Assembly: GCF_038871235.1 (NCBI RefSeq)
Contig: NZ_JAVZIN010000004.1
Span: 32,001 to 96,000 of the forward strand
Reading direction: 5' to 3'
DNA length: 64,000 nucleotides
DNA from: Candidatus Hadarchaeum sp.
Lineage (GTDB): Archaea; Hadarchaeota; Hadarchaeia; Hadarchaeales; Hadarchaeaceae
The notes below the pieces were generated by a model. The model saw only the letters and a list, made by a program, of their open reading frames with translations, did no database searches and was not told where the DNA came from. Both the position numbers and the translations under genes were made by a program. Positions 51,099 through 60,659 of this stretch are shown piece by piece. The first letter of the stretch is position 1. Every line of letters begins with the position of its first letter.

Positions 51099-51773
51099 TT
51101 GTTGAATAAAAACTGGCTGCACCGGCATAGAAAGCTGACAGCAATAGTTGGTGTTGTTATCGTTGGCCTCGGTTTTTCACTGTTGGCCGCCTACACCACC
51201 AATCTCCCCAGTGATTTCTGGAGAAGCATTGGTTATCCTGGTATCTTCCTGTTAAGTTTTATCGGAACCAGCTCGATAATTATCCCTATACCCTACACAG
51301 TGGTTTTATTGGCGATATCGCCGGCCTTTGACCCTCTCCTCTTCACCTTAGCCGCCGGTGCTGGCTCGGCAGTTGGGGAAATGGTAGGATATCTCCTCGG
51401 ATTCTTGGGTAGGAATGTGCTGGGGGAAAAGCGTCGCAACCAGATGGATGCGATGCTGAGAATTTTCAGGAGATTCGGACCAATTGCCGTGTTTGTTTTT
51501 GCGCTTACCCCGCTCCCCGATGACTTGATTTTTATCCCGTTGGGGCTCATGCGATACAGTCCTTGGAGGACCTTGGCTGCCTGTGTTGCTGGTAAGTTTT
51601 CTATGGTCTTCATTATCGGGGTTGTGGGCAAGGCAGTGGGAGAATTGTCTGGTGATTTGCCCCTTACCATTTTGATATCTATCTTGTTGGTCTTGATCAT
51701 CATCGTGATCTTCAAAATTGACTGGGTAAAGCTGGCCGAAAAGTACGCGCCGACATCGGGTCAGTGCTGCTAA
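51099..51773 (+). CDS. VTT/DedA family membrane protein
   Basis: PIPY, G.GSA.GE..GY..G, FALTPLPDD..FIPLG, GK. Confidence 0.85.
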   Translation: MLNKNWLHRHRKLTAIVGVVIVGLGFSLLAAYTTNLPSDFWRSIGYPGIFLLSFIGTSSIIIPIPYTVVLLAISPAFDPLLFTLAAGAGSAVGEMVGYLLGFLGRNVLGEKRRNQMDAMLRIFRRFGPIAVFVFALTPLPDDLIFIPLGLMRYSPWRTLAACVAGKFSMVFIIGVVGKAVGELSGDLPLTILISILLVLIIIVIFKIDWVKLAEKYAPTSGQCC

Positions 51774-51809
51774 TTTGGAAATCCTTTAAATGATTCCAGT
51801 GAGGTCCTT

Positions 51810-52907
51810 TCACTTCTTTATGGGCTCAAAACGATCCTTCAGTTTTTTAATCACTTCTGGCAACGTGGTGTATTCCAGTTCTTCGGGGGAGAGCAGGTGG
51901 GGTTCGAAGGGCCCGTGTCTGCGTATATATTCACTTACCTCGATGGCCTGCTGTCTAGCTAGGTCAAAAGAGGGGTCACCAAAGAGATCCACAGGACCGA
52001 TCAGTTCTCCTTCGCACACTTGGAAGCCGTAGGCCATTATGCGTGGAGGACCATCAAAACGGGTTGGGCGTGCCTCTTCACGGGAGACCGGCATTAGCGG
52101 CCCCCTGTGTGATCCGCGCATCCACCCAGGCACAAGTTGCGGGAAGGCAAACGCTTCCAAGATTTCCCCCACGGCAGGAAATCCTGATTGCGCGCGGGTG
52201 ATGGCGACAGGATCGTCCTTACCCACGTACTTTCCGGCTATAAAGGAGAGCCGCTCCGTGCTGGCCACCGCAGCCACCACTCCGTCCCTCCTGAAGACTC
52301 TTTTGATCGCATAGCGGCTGGAGAGTCCGATTAAGGCGAGCAGGTCGTAGATTTCCTCAGGGCAGTTGAGAAAGATTCTTTTACCTTCTTTAATGTCATG
52401 GACTTCAAACCTGAAACCTCCGTGTATCTTTGAGTCTATCACCAGCCCAGCGGTGTTGAATGGATCGGCAAAGATCTTGTAGAAGGGGAGATTGAAAGCC
52501 GAGGGTGAGGTTTTATCGCACATGAGGACAATTATGGGCTCGCTGGGGCGCTCCTCGATCTCGAATTCAGCCACACCTGGACCCATACCCCTGACGTTTC
52601 CGGAAAAGGCCTCGACCAGCAGGTCTTGGCCCGCGCCGTAGTATTTTCGTTTTTTAGCCAGTGCAGCGGCTTTTTTGAAGGTTTCCCAGGCAAGTTCATG
52701 AATTTTCGGATTGTCTTCCCCCTTATCGTGAGACATGATGAGTTCTAGGTCGTCTCCACAGTTGGTGACGTGATAGCTCTTAATGATGCCTTTCTGTGTG
52801 GCAACCTTCAGGGATTTTTCAGCAATTTCCAAAAGCTCTTCGGGCACCTTGACATGACCGGGGATGCTACCCACATCGGCTTTTATAACACTAATAGTAG
52901 TTTTCAT
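51810..52907 (-). CDS. fbp: Bifunctional fructose-1,6-bisphosphate aldolase/phosphatase
   Basis: SVIKADVG, GDD, YGAGQDLL, FSGNVRG.GPG, YVGKDDP, GWMRGSH, LEYT. Confidence 0.95.
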   Translation of the reverse strand: MKTTISVIKADVGSIPGHVKVPEELLEIAEKSLKVATQKGIIKSYHVTNCGDDLELIMSHDKGEDNPKIHELAWETFKKAAALAKKRKYYGAGQDLLVEAFSGNVRGMGPGVAEFEIEERPSEPIIVLMCDKTSPSAFNLPFYKIFADPFNTAGLVIDSKIHGGFRFEVHDIKEGKRIFLNCPEEIYDLLALIGLSSRYAIKRVFRRDGVVAAVASTERLSFIAGKYVGKDDPVAITRAQSGFPAVGEILEAFAFPQLVPGWMRGSHRGPLMPVSREEARPTRFDGPPRIMAYGFQVCEGELIGPVDLFGDPSFDLARQQAIEVSEYIRRHGPFEPHLLSPEELEYTTLPEVIKKLKDRFEPIKK

Positions 52908-52939
52908 ACATCAAGTTTACAGCGGAATATTTTTAAGTC

Positions 52940-53500
52940 TTACGTGCTGGCGATCGCAAAGGCTGCGGTCAGTCCCACGATCAGGGATAGGGTGACGATA
53001 AGGATGAGGCTTGAAACTAGTTCAGAGCCCGTGGCCGGTTTCAGCGGTTTTCCCCGCAACCGGTAGAGCATTCTGATGGCTCGCTGAGTGCCCAGCTGCG
53101 CAGCCCATAAACAGAGCGGCAGGTTGACGACAAAGATTAGTATGATGAAGAAGATCGTCCAAATTTCCACCGATGTGCTTGAGGTCAGCTTCCAGTTCGA
53201 GAGCATTGTTTCCATACCCATGATCAAACTGCTGTCGTAGACACCTCGTGAGAAGAGAAAGGCCGCCGCCCCAACGCCGAAGAAGAGCTGTGACAGCACA
53301 AAGGTGGCGACGGGTGTCAGGGTAAAGTATAGGATGGGCTGCCAGGGCTCCATCCGGCCGGGCGGTGGCACGCTGAAGGACCGCCCGAGCTGGGAAAGAA
53401 ATTCTTCGGGTTCTCCCCACCATTTTCCGTAGGCGAGGCCGAGGACCCAGCTGCCGACCACGATGAGCCAGAAGGAGTAATACCAGTATTCCTCGCGCAT
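52940..53500 (-). CDS. Hypothetical multi-pass membrane protein
   Basis: Four to five hydrophobic segments; lies in the same strand run as fbp. Confidence 0.7.
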   Translation of the reverse strand: MREEYWYYSFWLIVVGSWVLGLAYGKWWGEPEEFLSQLGRSFSVPPPGRMEPWQPILYFTLTPVATFVLSQLFFGVGAAAFLFSRGVYDSSLIMGMETMLSNWKLTSSTSVEIWTIFFIILIFVVNLPLCLWAAQLGTQRAIRMLYRLRGKPLKPATGSELVSSLILIVTLSLIVGLTAAFAIAST

Positions 53501-53519
53501 CGCCCCACCGGAGCGCTTT

Positions 53520-53765
53520 CTATTTGTATTTCTGGTCGTAATCGCGTTTGGCTAGGTTGATGGCCCGGCTGAGATATCTGTGGCCCGCATCTTTTTTTTG
53601 CTGGACTGAATCAGGCACGGGTTGGGTTGGTTTTTGTGGGGAAGGTTTTGGCGGGGGCAGGTTCCTTTCTAGGGCCATTATCCTGCGCTCAAGTTCAGAA
53701 ATTTTGGCGTGAAGGGAATTTAACCTCTCCTCTAGTTGCAAAATGCGTAGGTCACCTCTTTCCAT
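53520..53765 (-). CDS. Hypothetical coiled-coil protein with Pro-rich linker
   Basis: Heptad Leu repeats; SD AAGGTG upstream. Confidence 0.55.
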   Translation of the reverse strand: MERGDLRILQLEERLNSLHAKISELERRIMALERNLPPPKPSPQKPTQPVPDSVQQKKDAGHRYLSRAINLAKRDYDQKYK

Positions 53766-53910
53766 GTAATTGCACCTTTAGAATTTTCTTTTGATTTCTA
53801 TTAAGTGTTTGGTGTGTTTTTTTAATAAAGCGAAAGGCAGACCCACTTATGCTTTATGAGGAACATTTTAGCAAAACAGCTTTTTGTTGGAAGAAAAAAG
53901 AGATAGCTGG

Positions 53911-53986
53911 GCCGCCGTAGCTCAGCCGGTAGAGCGATCGCCTCGTAAGCGATAGGTCGTGGGTTCAATCCCCACCGGCGGCTCCA
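53911..53986 (+). tRNA. tRNA-Thr(CGT), CCA encoded, no intron
   Basis: Acceptor GCCGCCG/CGGCGGC, anticodon arm ATCGC-CTCGTAA-GCGAT, T arm GTGGG-TTCAATC-CCCAC. Confidence 0.97.
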
Positions 53987-53987
53987 C

Positions 53988-54809
53988 TCAACTCCCAAAA
54001 GCCGCCTCGCACCTAATTCCAAGTTCCCGGCAAATGGAGGTTATCTTCGAAGAGATCTTGTTTCGGTAGTCGGATCCTTGGGAGATTATGGCTGGCACCC
54101 GCTCCGCTAGGCCGGGCTTCAGATTTTCCAGAACGGGACCCAGCCTTTCCATCACCCACTGTTTCAGGTTGAGCTTATCATAGAGTATCTTGCTTTTCGT
54201 CTTTGCCGCGATTTCAACGATTTTTCTGAGGTTCTCATCGTCATCGTTTGTTTCAGGGATTATCGGTCCCAGAAATATCCAAGTGTCTACTCCACGGCTG
54301 GAGAACTCCTCAACGACCTGAGCGCGCGCGTCGGGTGGTGAAGCCCTTGGTTCAAGCAGGCGCGCCAGTTCCTGGTCTATTGTGGTGATAGTTACCCCGA
54401 CATCAAATTTTTTCGGCACAATCAAGTCGGAGTCGCGCAGGATCAATTCAGATTTGGTCTGGATTGATACCGGAAAATCGTGCTGACACAGGATTTCAAT
54501 GCATTTTCTGGTCAGTTCAACAGTTTTCTCGATTGGTTGGTAGGGGTCGGTCACCGTGCTCACCCCGACAGTTCCGGTTTTTTTATAGATAACTTCCCGG
54601 CTCAGCACTTCTGCAATGTTCTGCTTTATCCGAACTTTTTTACCCCAGCTCTCGGCAACTACTCTGTCCCTTAAAACTGAAGGGCTGTAACAGTAGGCAC
54701 AACCGTGCTCGCATCCGGTGTAGGGATTCAAAGAGTAGGTCAGCCCGGGTAATCCGCTGAGGGATAACGCAGTGTGGCAGCTGACGAAGATGTATTCCAC
54801 AACCATCAA
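53988..54809 (-). CDS. Radical SAM protein, SplB/COG1533-like
   Basis: NPYTGCEHGCAYCY, TDPYQP.E, TKS..ILRD, EP.A. Confidence 0.88.
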   Translation of the reverse strand: MMVVEYIFVSCHTALSLSGLPGLTYSLNPYTGCEHGCAYCYSPSVLRDRVVAESWGKKVRIKQNIAEVLSREVIYKKTGTVGVSTVTDPYQPIEKTVELTRKCIEILCQHDFPVSIQTKSELILRDSDLIVPKKFDVGVTITTIDQELARLLEPRASPPDARAQVVEEFSSRGVDTWIFLGPIIPETNDDDENLRKIVEIAAKTKSKILYDKLNLKQWVMERLGPVLENLKPGLAERVPAIISQGSDYRNKISSKITSICRELGIRCEAAFGS

Positions 54810-56125
54810 GAAAACTCCGTTATCTTTTTCTGATATAAGGATTGCTTCAGGAGCTGGCTATTCCGAATCCAGTTTTTGAGGGGGATGGTAAGTTTAGCCA
54901 TGGCGTGGTTCAGTGCCGCGTTGAAGCTGTCGAACTTTTCAGGCTCACTCTTCAGCATTTGCCTGAGGGATTCGCGCACGTTCCAGACGCCCACCGGCAG
55001 GATGTAGCCCGGGTGAATCTCCCTCAGCACAAGGGCCGCCGCCTGTCGGTTCTCCTGAAAGAGCCTTTCCGCGACCGCCAACCTGCTGGAGTAATAGCAA
55101 CCCCCCACGTCGGGATAGGTGTTTCTGCCCCAGTAGTTCTCGAAATCCCCCATCATTGCCGGTTCTCTGGTACCCTTGTCCGGGTTCCAAGTTGTCCCCG
55201 GGAACCAAGCCTCGATCCACTCAAAACTCCATTTTTCCGGCATCAGAATGGCGACATAGCGGTTGTCCAGATAGCTGAAGGAATAGACCCGGTATTCGTC
55301 TATGGTGTCGTTCTGTTTGATCCGGTTGATGAGTTCTTGGGAGATGATCGAGTCCACGGCGGTGATGCTCCAGCGCGTGGGGACGAGTTTTCTGTTTTTC
55401 CCCAAGCCGAACATCCCGAGGCTGAACGCCCGCTGAATTCTGGTAACGTAAACACCGCTGTCGTAGAGTTCCACCACCGCCCCGTTGGCCTTGAGGTCGC
55501 GGTCGTAAAAAGCCTTCTCCAGTCTGCGGTCGACGGAAACGTCAGAAGCATTAAAGGACCTTAGCGGCGCTGAAGGGCCGAAGGGTTGAATATCGCTCCC
55601 GAGGGTGAGAACTCCTTTTGGGACCTTTGCCAGAACCACCTCGGCGTCCACCGGGCTTCTTCCTAGCGCCAGTTCCTGAAGCGATTCCAGAAGACGCGTG
55701 CCGGTCTGTGCTTCGCGGATGTTGGCTATTGCCTTGCCGCGGATGAGTGAGAATCGGTAATCTATTATTTCCTGTATTCCCTTGCCGATCCAGAGTTCCG
55801 GGGTGTCCAGAATCTCGGTGTTTCCGGTGAACGGCGGGACCATCGGACCAATGAAGACCTTAGGATATCCCAGACGGCCCACGAAGACTCCCGGCGGGGT
55901 TGAACCTTGAATGTGAGTGGATGTGATGCGCAGGGTTGTTTTTGCCAAGGATTGGGCCTTGGCTATTATCGGACAGCTGAGCTTCCCGCAGAGTCTCCGG
56001 CCACCTTTACAAAGGAGACAAAGCGAGTTCGCCCTAGCGACCCTGATCTCCCGGAAGGTGGTCAGCTCGTTGACCTGCTGCGGTGAAATTACATCGCTCA
56101 ACCAACTGGCTGGGGAAGAGGGCAT
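54806..56125 (-). CDS. nreA: Nre family DNA repair protein
   Basis: C..CKG...LCG...CP, PP.VFVG..GYP, LVPTRWSITAVD, GVW.VRE, C-terminal PIP box QKKITEF. Confidence 0.92.
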   Translation of the reverse strand: MPSSPASWLSDVISPQQVNELTTFREIRVARANSLCLLCKGGRRLCGKLSCPIIAKAQSLAKTTLRITSTHIQGSTPPGVFVGRLGYPKVFIGPMVPPFTGNTEILDTPELWIGKGIQEIIDYRFSLIRGKAIANIREAQTGTRLLESLQELALGRSPVDAEVVLAKVPKGVLTLGSDIQPFGPSAPLRSFNASDVSVDRRLEKAFYDRDLKANGAVVELYDSGVYVTRIQRAFSLGMFGLGKNRKLVPTRWSITAVDSIISQELINRIKQNDTIDEYRVYSFSYLDNRYVAILMPEKWSFEWIEAWFPGTTWNPDKGTREPAMMGDFENYWGRNTYPDVGGCYYSSRLAVAERLFQENRQAAALVLREIHPGYILPVGVWNVRESLRQMLKSEPEKFDSFNAALNHAMAKLTIPLKNWIRNSQLLKQSLYQKKITEFS

Positions 56126-56262
56126 GTTTTAACCCGGTTTATTCGATTGAAATAAAACTATTTCCCTCCTTTAAAATAATTGCCGTTACCACCTATCTTT
56201 CCAATTTCCTTTTAAGCCCTGCGGGCACTGTTTTTATGTAAGCAGAATTTTCGGCGTTTGAA

Positions 56263-57264
56263 ATGTATGACTTTGAGGAAGCCAAGGTGAAGGAATTTTT
56301 GAAAAGGACAGGGGCCAAACGGGCGGCCTTACAGGTACCGGCAGGTCTCGCTCCGCATCTGCCCGAGATCATGAGACCCTTTGACCAGCTGGGTGTGGAA
56401 GTGGTAATAATGGCCGGCAGCTGCTACGGCGCCTGTGACTTGGCCGATGAGGCGGCAAAGAAGCTGGGCAGCGATGTGCTGGTTCACTACGGTCATGCCG
56501 ACATGGGTCTTGAGTCGGTTCTGCCCACGCTTTTCGTGGAAGCCCGGATAGAGAAGAGCCCGATTGAGTCACTTGAGCTGGCTCTTCCCGAACTGAGGTT
56601 CAAGCGAGTCGGTTTGGTTGCCACGGTTCAACACGTCGGGCATCTAGAAGAGGCGGCTAATTTTCTCGAATTACACGGGATTCAAACATTGGTGGGTGGA
56701 CCGTCTACTAGGACAAGATATCCGGGGCAGGTTCTGGGATGTGATGTTGGCTGTGCTAAGACCGTGGCACCGATGGTCGAAGGTTTCATCTACATTGGCA
56801 CAGGTGAGTTTCACCCGTTGGGCGTTGCCCTGGTCACAGGAAAAAAGGTTGTTGCGGTCAACCCGGTCTCTGTGAGTTTCAAGATTTTCATGCCTCAGCA
56901 GGATGAGTTCATCAAAGAGAGAAAGGCCATGGTGGCTCGGGCGGCTCTGGGCAAAACTTTTGGCGTCATCGTGAGCACAAAGAAGGGCCAATCTCGTTTT
57001 AATCTCGCTAGCAAAATCGTAGATCTGCTCAGGAGGGAAGGGAAACGGACCTACCTCTTGGCGGTTGATGACATCTCTCCGGAAGTGATGAAAAATTTTG
57101 GCTTCGATGCCTTGGTCCTTGTCGCCTGTCCACGCATCCCGGTAGATGACGCAGAACGATTTGAGAGTCCGGTGTTAACACCATTTGAGGTCTTGGTCAT
57201 GCTGGGAAAATTACCAATCGAGCCCTACCGAATGGATGAGATAAATAAGGAGGATATGGGATAA
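56263..57264 (+). CDS. dph2: Diphthamide biosynthesis enzyme Dph2
   Basis: CYGACD, GQVLGC, K.GQ, ACPRI. Confidence 0.93.
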   Translation: MYDFEEAKVKEFLKRTGAKRAALQVPAGLAPHLPEIMRPFDQLGVEVVIMAGSCYGACDLADEAAKKLGSDVLVHYGHADMGLESVLPTLFVEARIEKSPIESLELALPELRFKRVGLVATVQHVGHLEEAANFLELHGIQTLVGGPSTRTRYPGQVLGCDVGCAKTVAPMVEGFIYIGTGEFHPLGVALVTGKKVVAVNPVSVSFKIFMPQQDEFIKERKAMVARAALGKTFGVIVSTKKGQSRFNLASKIVDLLRREGKRTYLLAVDDISPEVMKNFGFDALVLVACPRIPVDDAERFESPVLTPFEVLVMLGKLPIEPYRMDEINKEDMG

Positions 57265-57302
57265 ATCGTTTAAGTGGAGCAATATATTGTTGGTGGGATG
57301 TT

Positions 57303-57881
57303 ATGCCTGAAGTAAGTACAGGAGATTTCGTGATACCGGGTGACCTCTTGGCTACAGCGGAGGAGTTTGTCCCGGGAAACGGTGCTTATGAGGAGAACGG
57401 GAAGATATATGCCGCAAACACTGGCGTGGTCTTGGTCGATGCTAGAACGAAGCACATCTCGGTGTTTTCACGGACAGCTGGGGTACCTACCTTAAAGAGA
57501 GGCGACATCATCATCGGCAGGGTGGATGAGGTAAGAGATCAGAATGCCACCGTTGTCATCGGTCGTCTGCGTGGCAGGGAGGATCGAGCACTGCCACCAC
57601 CGAATGTGGGTTTAATTCACATCTCGCAGACTGATGCTGGGTATGTAAAGGACTTGGGCCGGGAGTTTCGAGTCGGCGACATCGTGCGTGCCAAGGTCAT
57701 CAACGCCAGTAGGGAGCCCGTGCAGCTGTCTACCGTCGGCGAGGATCTCGGCGTCATCGTTGCCTTCTGTTCGAGGTGCCGGAGCCCGCTGACCCGCCAG
57801 GGTAAGAAGCTGGTGTGCGATTCTTGCGGCAACGTGGAATTTAGAAAAATAGCGAACGATTACCGAAAAGGAGTGCTGTGA
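57303..57881 (+). CDS. csl4: Exosome RNA-binding protein Csl4
   Basis: N-terminal domain, S1 domain, and Zn ribbon C..C...C..CG..E.RK. Confidence 0.94.
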   Translation: MPEVSTGDFVIPGDLLATAEEFVPGNGAYEENGKIYAANTGVVLVDARTKHISVFSRTAGVPTLKRGDIIIGRVDEVRDQNATVVIGRLRGREDRALPPPNVGLIHISQTDAGYVKDLGREFRVGDIVRAKVINASREPVQLSTVGEDLGVIVAFCSRCRSPLTRQGKKLVCDSCGNVEFRKIANDYRKGVL

Positions 57882-58081
57882 TGGCGAGGACCAAGCGGGT
57901 TCTGAACGTGCCTGTGAAGGACACGGCCCAGATGCTGGACCTCATGAAGAGGCTCGGGACGCTGGCGGCGGACCTGGAGGCGGTTTCTAGGCCGGGGATG
58001 GTCAGAATAGTCCTGCACGGAACCGGCGAGGAGATTAAAGAGCTGAAGCAAAAAATTAAAGATTTCACAAAGGCTAAATAA
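57878..58081 (+). CDS. Small protein, probably the N-terminal domain of the DUF2067 family
   Basis: Lies between csl4 and rpoL; pattern I...GT.EEIKE...KIK. Confidence 0.6.
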   Translation: MMARTKRVLNVPVKDTAQMLDLMKRLGTLAADLEAVSRPGMVRIVLHGTGEEIKELKQKIKDFTKAK

Positions 58082-58111
58082 AGGGGATTACAGGTAGTCT
58101 GGGTGGGGTAA

Positions 58112-58393
58112 ATGGAGCTTGAGTTAATCGAGAAGGGGGAGGACAGCATCCTGATAAAGATAATTGGGGAAGATCACACCTTTTGCAACATGCTGCGGGC
58201 GGAACTGTTGAAGGATGACAACGTGGTTTCCGCAGTCTACATGATTGAGCATCCCCTGACTGAGCCACCGAAGTTTTATCTCAAGGTCAAGCGGGACAAG
58301 TCACCCGAAAAAGCGCTGATGGATGCAGCCGGACGTTTGGTTGAGCAGCTGGAGGACCTGAAGAAACAACTCCAGAAAGAGCTTAAGAAATAA
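58112..58393 (+). CDS. rpoL: RNA polymerase subunit Rpo11 (L)
   Basis: GEDHT..N.L, Y.IEHPL. Confidence 0.95.
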   Translation: MELELIEKGEDSILIKIIGEDHTFCNMLRAELLKDDNVVSAVYMIEHPLTEPPKFYLKVKRDKSPEKALMDAAGRLVEQLEDLKKQLQKELKK

Positions 58394-58418
58394 TACTGAT
58401 GTTCTCTTAGGGCTTGCT

Positions 58419-59024
58419 TTGCGCCAGGTAAAGTTTTGGCAGATAAAGCCTGAGATCAGGATTTTGGGCGTCGACGATGGTCCATTTGAGGCGGACTACC
58501 GTGGAAAAGTTCCGCTGGTGGGAGCTGTTTTCAGAGGCGGGACTTGGCTTGATGGCGTCATGATTTCCGAAGTCGAGAAGGACGGGATGGATGTAACCGA
58601 GCGTTTAATCGAAATGCTGGGGAGGAGCCGCCATCTGGGTCAGCTCAGGGTTTTGATGGTCGATGGCGTTACCTTTGCCGGGTTCAACGTGCTGGACGTG
58701 AGGGAGGTCTTCAGGAAGACGGGCTTGCCGGTGATTGTCATCTCTAGGGAAATTCCAGTGATGGCAGATATTCGTAAGGCGCTGAAACATCTTCCCAAAT
58801 GGAGGCAAAGGTGGAGGATCATCAGGGGGACGGGAAAGATATATGCGGTGACGACACAGAGCCAAGACAAGCCGATATATATGCAGCCGGTCGGGATTAA
58901 GAGAGAGGATGCTGAAAAGGTGGTGAGGTTGAGTTCAACCCGGAGCTTGGTTCCAGAGCCTCTTCGGGTTGCCCACCTCATCGCCACCGCAATCGTTCGC
59001 GGTGAGAGCTATGGTCGGGTCTAG
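58419..59024 (+). CDS. DUF99 family (endonuclease V-like) protein
   Basis: GVDDGPF, DG.D.T, DGVTFAGFN, PEPLRVAHLIA. Confidence 0.9.
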   Translation: MRQVKFWQIKPEIRILGVDDGPFEADYRGKVPLVGAVFRGGTWLDGVMISEVEKDGMDVTERLIEMLGRSRHLGQLRVLMVDGVTFAGFNVLDVREVFRKTGLPVIVISREIPVMADIRKALKHLPKWRQRWRIIRGTGKIYAVTTQSQDKPIYMQPVGIKREDAEKVVRLSSTRSLVPEPLRVAHLIATAIVRGESYGRV

Positions 59025-59574
59025 GAAAAAACATCGATTCTTCAGGAGAGCCAAGTCATCGGTGAGAAATTTTCTGAGGCGCCCGGCAGTTAATGGAACG
59101 GTTGAGTTTCTGCTGATGTTAGGCATCCTCTATTTTGGTTTCACTGGGATCATGATTTTGATTTTTCGAACCGATTCCTTCTGGAGGGGGGTAACCTCCC
59201 AGAGTATGAGACATGAAGATGATTATTCTTGGCGCCAGTACTATATGGACCGGGGCATTGACACCTCCCAGTTCCCAATTCAGGGCGGATTTGAACGCGG
59301 GGACCTGTTGATCATTCAGGGGGTCAGCTCCTTCTCTGAAATAAAGGTGGGCGATGTCGTCGTTCTGGATCAGGGTAGTGATGTGATACCGCTGGTGCAC
59401 AGGGTCGTTGAGATATGGTATGAAAACGGATCGCCCAGATTCATGACCAAGGGTGACGCCAACAGCCGCTCGCTACCAACTGAGGAGGCCAACCGACCTG
59501 AGCAGATCTTGGGCAAGGTCATCTTTGTCGTCCCCAAACTGGGCTTTATCTCGCTGTGGTTCCAAGGACAGTGA
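59011..59574 (+). CDS. Signal peptidase I (Sec11 type)
   Basis: TM segment, S.SM, GD, VHRV, TKGDAN, GKV....PKLG. Confidence 0.85.
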   Translation: MVGSRKKHRFFRRAKSSVRNFLRRPAVNGTVEFLLMLGILYFGFTGIMILIFRTDSFWRGVTSQSMRHEDDYSWRQYYMDRGIDTSQFPIQGGFERGDLLIIQGVSSFSEIKVGDVVVLDQGSDVIPLVHRVVEIWYENGSPRFMTKGDANSRSLPTEEANRPEQILGKVIFVVPKLGFISLWFQGQ

Positions 59575-59578
59575 GACG

Positions 59579-59968
59579 ATGGCGAGACCAGCTTTAACGG
59601 TTGATTTGGTGATCAAGCTCCGTGGTGGCGTCGTTCTGGTTAAAAGGAAAAATGAACCCTACCGGAACCGGTGGGCACTACCCGGCGGTTTTGTGGAGTA
59701 CGGGGAGAAAGTGGAGGACGCTGCGGTCAGGGAGGCATGGGAGGAGACCGGACTCAGGGTGAAGTTGCTGGGCTTAGTCGGCATCTATTCTGATCCCCAC
59801 CGGGACCCGAGGGGGCACACGGTGAGCATCTGTTTTTTGGCCAAGAGGGCTGGCGGAAGGCTCAAATCGGGCAGCGACGCTAGTGAGGTCGGGGTTTTCA
59901 GGAAGATTCCTTGGGGGGAGCTGGCGTTCGACCACGCGCAAATTTTAAAAGACGCAGGGTTCAAGTGA
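59579..59968 (+). CDS. NUDIX hydrolase (ADP-ribose pyrophosphatase-like)
   Basis: WALPGG.VE.GE...AA.REA.EETGL, RDPRGH, LAFDH. Confidence 0.92.
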   Translation: MARPALTVDLVIKLRGGVVLVKRKNEPYRNRWALPGGFVEYGEKVEDAAVREAWEETGLRVKLLGLVGIYSDPHRDPRGHTVSICFLAKRAGGRLKSGSDASEVGVFRKIPWGELAFDHAQILKDAGFK

Positions 59969-59972
59969 GCAT

Positions 59973-60299
59973 ATGCAATTTTGTCCTAAATGCGGACGGC
60001 TGCTGCTACCGAAGAAGGAGAAAGAGCAGGTGGTCTTGGTCTGCAGCGCATGCGGTCATGTGGTCAGGGAGGAGAAGGTGGAGGGCTATTCCGTTGTCAA
60101 AAAAACCACCACGTCTGAAGATATCTTGGTCGTGGAGGAAGAAACTAAGACAGGTTTGCCCTCAGCTAAGGTCCACTGTCCCAGCTGCGGCCACGATCGG
60201 GCCTACTGGTGGATGAGGCAGACACGTTCCGCGGATGAACCGACGACACGTTTTTACCGTTGCGCGAAATGTGGAAAAGTGTGGAGGGAATACGCCTAG
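59973..60299 (+). CDS. tfs: Transcription factor S
   Basis: Two Zn ribbons; QTRSADEP.T.FY.C. Confidence 0.95.
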   Translation: MQFCPKCGRLLLPKKEKEQVVLVCSACGHVVREEKVEGYSVVKKTTTSEDILVVEEETKTGLPSAKVHCPSCGHDRAYWWMRQTRSADEPTTRFYRCAKCGKVWREYA

Positions 60300-60308
60300 T
60301 GGGATAAT

Positions 60309-60656
60309 ATGGAGGAGATTCAGCAGAGGAGGATGCCCGCCAAGCCGAGGAGGATCGCCGAGATAAAGATAGGTGACGAGAGGGTTAGGGTCGTCGGGCT
60401 GGTGGTGGATAAAAGGGACTCAGAGTTCACTTTAGATGATGGAACCGGACGCCTGACGGTAATTTATGATGATCCCGCCGTCGCTGAGGGCGTAGAGGTG
60501 GGCTCCAAAGTCAGGGTCTTCGGAGCGCCGCTGGTGGTTTCTGGGACCAGTGAACTACACGCTGACATCGCCCAGAAGCTGGACAAACTTGATTTAAATC
60601 TCTACAGAGAAGTAAGACAGGAGGCAGAGAAACTGGAGCGTGAGCTGGGGAGGTAG
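60309..60656 (+). CDS. Single OB-fold protein (small RPA subunit-like)
   Basis: V.VVG.V, LDDGTG, VRVFG, LDL.LY; lies between tfs and pcn. Confidence 0.8.
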   Translation: MEEIQQRRMPAKPRRIAEIKIGDERVRVVGLVVDKRDSEFTLDDGTGRLTVIYDDPAVAEGVEVGSKVRVFGAPLVVSGTSELHADIAQKLDKLDLNLYREVRQEAEKLERELGR

Positions 60657-60659
60657 AAT

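Noticed and set aside
53822-54022. 66-aa minus-strand ORF
   Set aside because: It is the antisense reading of tRNA-Thr.
53970-56260. Integrated element at tRNA-Thr
   Set aside because: No integrase and no duplicated tRNA 3' end seen; the flanking genes are ordinary repair genes.
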